The position numbers were made by a program, and so were the translations under genes. From Octopus vulgaris (lineage: Eukaryota): a stretch of DNA of 64,000 bases. The notes beneath the pieces are model-generated. The model was not told the DNA's origin. It made no database searches and was given only the letters and a program-made list of their open reading frames with translations. The stretch lies in contig OX597814.1 in assembly GCA_951406725.2 (NCBI GenBank), forward strand, positions 2,046,001 to 2,110,000, in the 5' to 3' direction. This document shows, one piece after another, positions 61,497 through 64,000 of the stretch (positions within the stretch are counted from its first letter, which is position 1; every line of letters begins with the position of its first letter).

Positions 61497-61890
61497 TACT
61501 CTTTTACTTGTTTCAGTCATTGGACTGCGGCCATGCTGGAGCACCGCCTTTAATCGAGCAACTCGACCCCGGGACTTATTCTTTTGTAAGCCCAGTACTT
61601 ATCAGTCTCTTTTGCCGAACCGCTAAGTGACGGTGTCGTAAACACACCAGCATCGGTTGTCAAGCGATGTTGGGGGGGGGGACAAACACAGACACACAAA
61701 CACACACATACATATATATATATACATATATACGACAGGCTTCTTTCAGTTTCCGTCTACCAAATCCACTCACAAGGCATTGGTCGGCCCGAGGCTATAG
61801 CAGAAGACACTTGCCCAAGATGCCACGCAGTGGGACTGAACCCGGAACCATGTGGTTGGTTAGCAAGCTACTTACCACACAGCCCCTCCT
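61497..61890 (-). mobile_element. SINE family A, near full length
   Basis: Family A motifs. Confidence 0.9.
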
Positions 61891-61899
61891 GGGTCAATT

Positions 61900-62500
61900 T
61901 GGGTCAATTCATAAATAATGCCTTTTATTTTAATACTTTTATTTTTCAAAATTAAGATAAACAAAGTTCTTTTTTAATCTAAAATATACTTTCCTTCATT
62001 TTCTACAATGCTCTTCCATCTGTCTGGTAGACTTGCAAGGCCCCTCTTACAAAATTCTTGTCCGTGACGAAAAATACTCCTCCGGTACTGTTCTGACCTC
62101 GTCTACAGAATTCATATTTTTTCGTCCAAATGTGTAATATTTCATAATCAGACGGGAAAATGTTCGGCGAATATGGTGGATGGGGCATCGTCTTCCATTC
62201 GAACTTCTCCATCCTTTGGAATGTCATCTTTACTGCATATGGCCGAGCATGATCTTCATGGAAGAACACCTATTGTCTTGAAACCAAAGATGGTCGTTTT
62301 TTATCTAGCACTGACTTAAGCCGCTCAAGCTGCTTGCAGTAGATCTCCTTTGTTATCGTTTGGTTTGGGTTTAAAAGTTCAAAGTAGACTAAACCTTTCA
62401 TATCCCACTAAACAGATAACAACACCTTTGTCACTTCCATTATAGCTTTGAAAAATAACTGTTAAAATCGAACTGCACTCTTCAAAACTCGGACTAAGAA
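61900..62500 (-). mobile_element. Internally deleted mariner transposon remnant
   Basis: WDMKGLVYFELL.PNQTIT...YC.QLERL...FHEDHARP...HPPYSPNIFPSDY (YSPDLAPSD-like), with stop codons. Confidence 0.9.
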
Positions 62501-62599
62501 TAAATAAAAACAACGTAAAATTACTATCTGCTTTTGTAGCAAGTTAATGCAGGGGGTTTATCTCGTCCCCCTCCGGTATTTTAGTTCATGCAATTGTAA

Positions 62600-62950
62600 A
62601 ACACCGCATCATTTATCCGGGACGTCCTAGTCCCAGATAAAAAAGGTAAACATAAAATATTTCCACTTTGCAAGGTTCGGTTCGAGTACTCCCTTGCACA
62701 CTCCGTTGACTCGAACCTTGCTTCTATTGTGGCGAATTTACCGTCTCTGGTTAGATACTTGATATCTTTCATAGTCGCATCAAGACACTTTTCAATGGTG
62801 CATTCCTCCAGGTGTTCAAATCGTTTTTTCCCTCTATATTGTATACTTTATAGGCAATAGTCTTTTCTTTAATTTAATTTGGTGGTGTTATCCTAGATTC
62901 ACCGTCTTTGTCGGTGATCAATCCGAAATAGGTTTGTATTTCTTCCATTT
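62600..62950 (-). pseudogene. Possible LINE ORF1 N-terminal remnant
   Basis: Broken frame MEEIQTYF...IEKCLDATMKDIKYLTRDGKFATIEARF; family assignment is a guess. Confidence 0.3.
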
Positions 62951-63565
62951 TAATTTTAATGAGTTCGCCGCCCGCCGACGGCTGCAGCGTAATTCATTTT
63001 TGAACTTTCTACTATCGAAGACATTTTAACAAAAGTGCTTCCGTGTAAACGGTGAAAATATTGTCAAGTTCCCCAAACAGGGACACAATTCAATTTTTAA
63101 ACAATAACCAAAGCGCCTTCTCCCAAAGGGGTGGGTGGGTTTACGGTTTACAATTATTTAACAAATGCAACACAACAATGTTTCCCTTACGAGGAACCAA
63201 CAAACGTGATAACAATAGTTAAACAGAAATAATAATAACAACAAACCTTACGGTAAACCAAAAAGCAGTACTCTGTTGAAGCTATAGGCCTTTATGGATC
63301 AGAAGTAAATCAACAGCGGTACTCAGTAGATATTTCTTTATTAAGATTATGAAAATCGATACACAGAAGGACAAATACAGGACATACATACAAAAACATT
63401 TAAGAGATTCGATTAAAAATTATGTTTCAATTCGTTATAAAATATTAACCTTTGCATAACTAGTATAGCAAACAACAGTAGGTGAACTTGTAGTCTCACT
63501 GGAGCTTTTACACCCCGGCAATTTATGAGGCCCTGCAGCTTCCACTTCCTCTCTCTCCTCCATGG

Positions 63566-64000
63566 TCAAGCTGGGTTTCTCACACCCACCTTTCTTTCCA
63601 CTTCCTTCCATCTTTTCTCATACACACCCCGCGGCAAGGCCCTCTTCTCCAGCCCCATTTTGCTCTTCAGATGATATCTGAAGTAGGTGAGCAAGCTGGG
63701 GCCGGAGACAAAGGACCCTATCGCGGCTCCTTCCATTCTCGTTCTCCACATGCATTCCTTTACCACTGCAACCGTGCAGTGAAAACATGCCTCACCTTCC
63801 TTCGAGAGTCCAGTTGGCGGTATCATCTTAATCATAGACTCAGCCGACAGCTGTACTCGTCCCAGATGCGATAACACGTGTTCTGCGTAACTTATCAAGT
63901 CGGACAACTTCCGACAGTGAACAAAAGCGTGCTGGACGGTTTCATCGTCCAACCCGCACCTTGGACACGTCGGTGGCACTTGAACTCCGTGCCGCGATAA
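63566..64000 (-). mobile_element. L1/Tx1-like LINE ORF2 C-terminus (zf-RVT), continues past the window end
   Basis: CPRCGLDDETVQHAFVHC (CX2C...HX4C) followed by KECMWRTR. Confidence 0.8.

Overview
Eukaryotic, AT-rich, gene-poor DNA dominated by (TA)n, (CA)n, (AAT)n and (CAC/CAT)n microsatellites and interspersed repeats. The SINE repertoire resembles coleoid cephalopod (Octopus-like) genomes; this is a judgement from recall, not a search. I found no intact host gene, and nearly all ORF-track entries are microsatellite or SINE artefacts. Coding remnants belong to transposons: R4/Dong-like, RTE, CR1/L2, L1/Tx1-like LINEs, a mariner and a Penelope-like (PLE) GIY-YIG fragment. There is also a probable Helitron and a hAT-type MITE. 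The main signal is about 10 unrelated short non-coding elements, mostly beside (TA)n tracts. Each carries a minimal type I hammerhead ribozyme with a palindromic stem III, and many have an inverted copy at the 5' side, the architecture known from PLE pseudo-LTRs and retrozymes. Their catalytic cores co-vary at the 3-8 pair (C-G, U-A, G-C). One very recent 564-bp-period unit has identical repeats. One PLE remnant carries a tRNA-like Pol III module between its endonuclease stop codon and its hammerhead. Coordinates and RNA folds were read by eye and are approximate.
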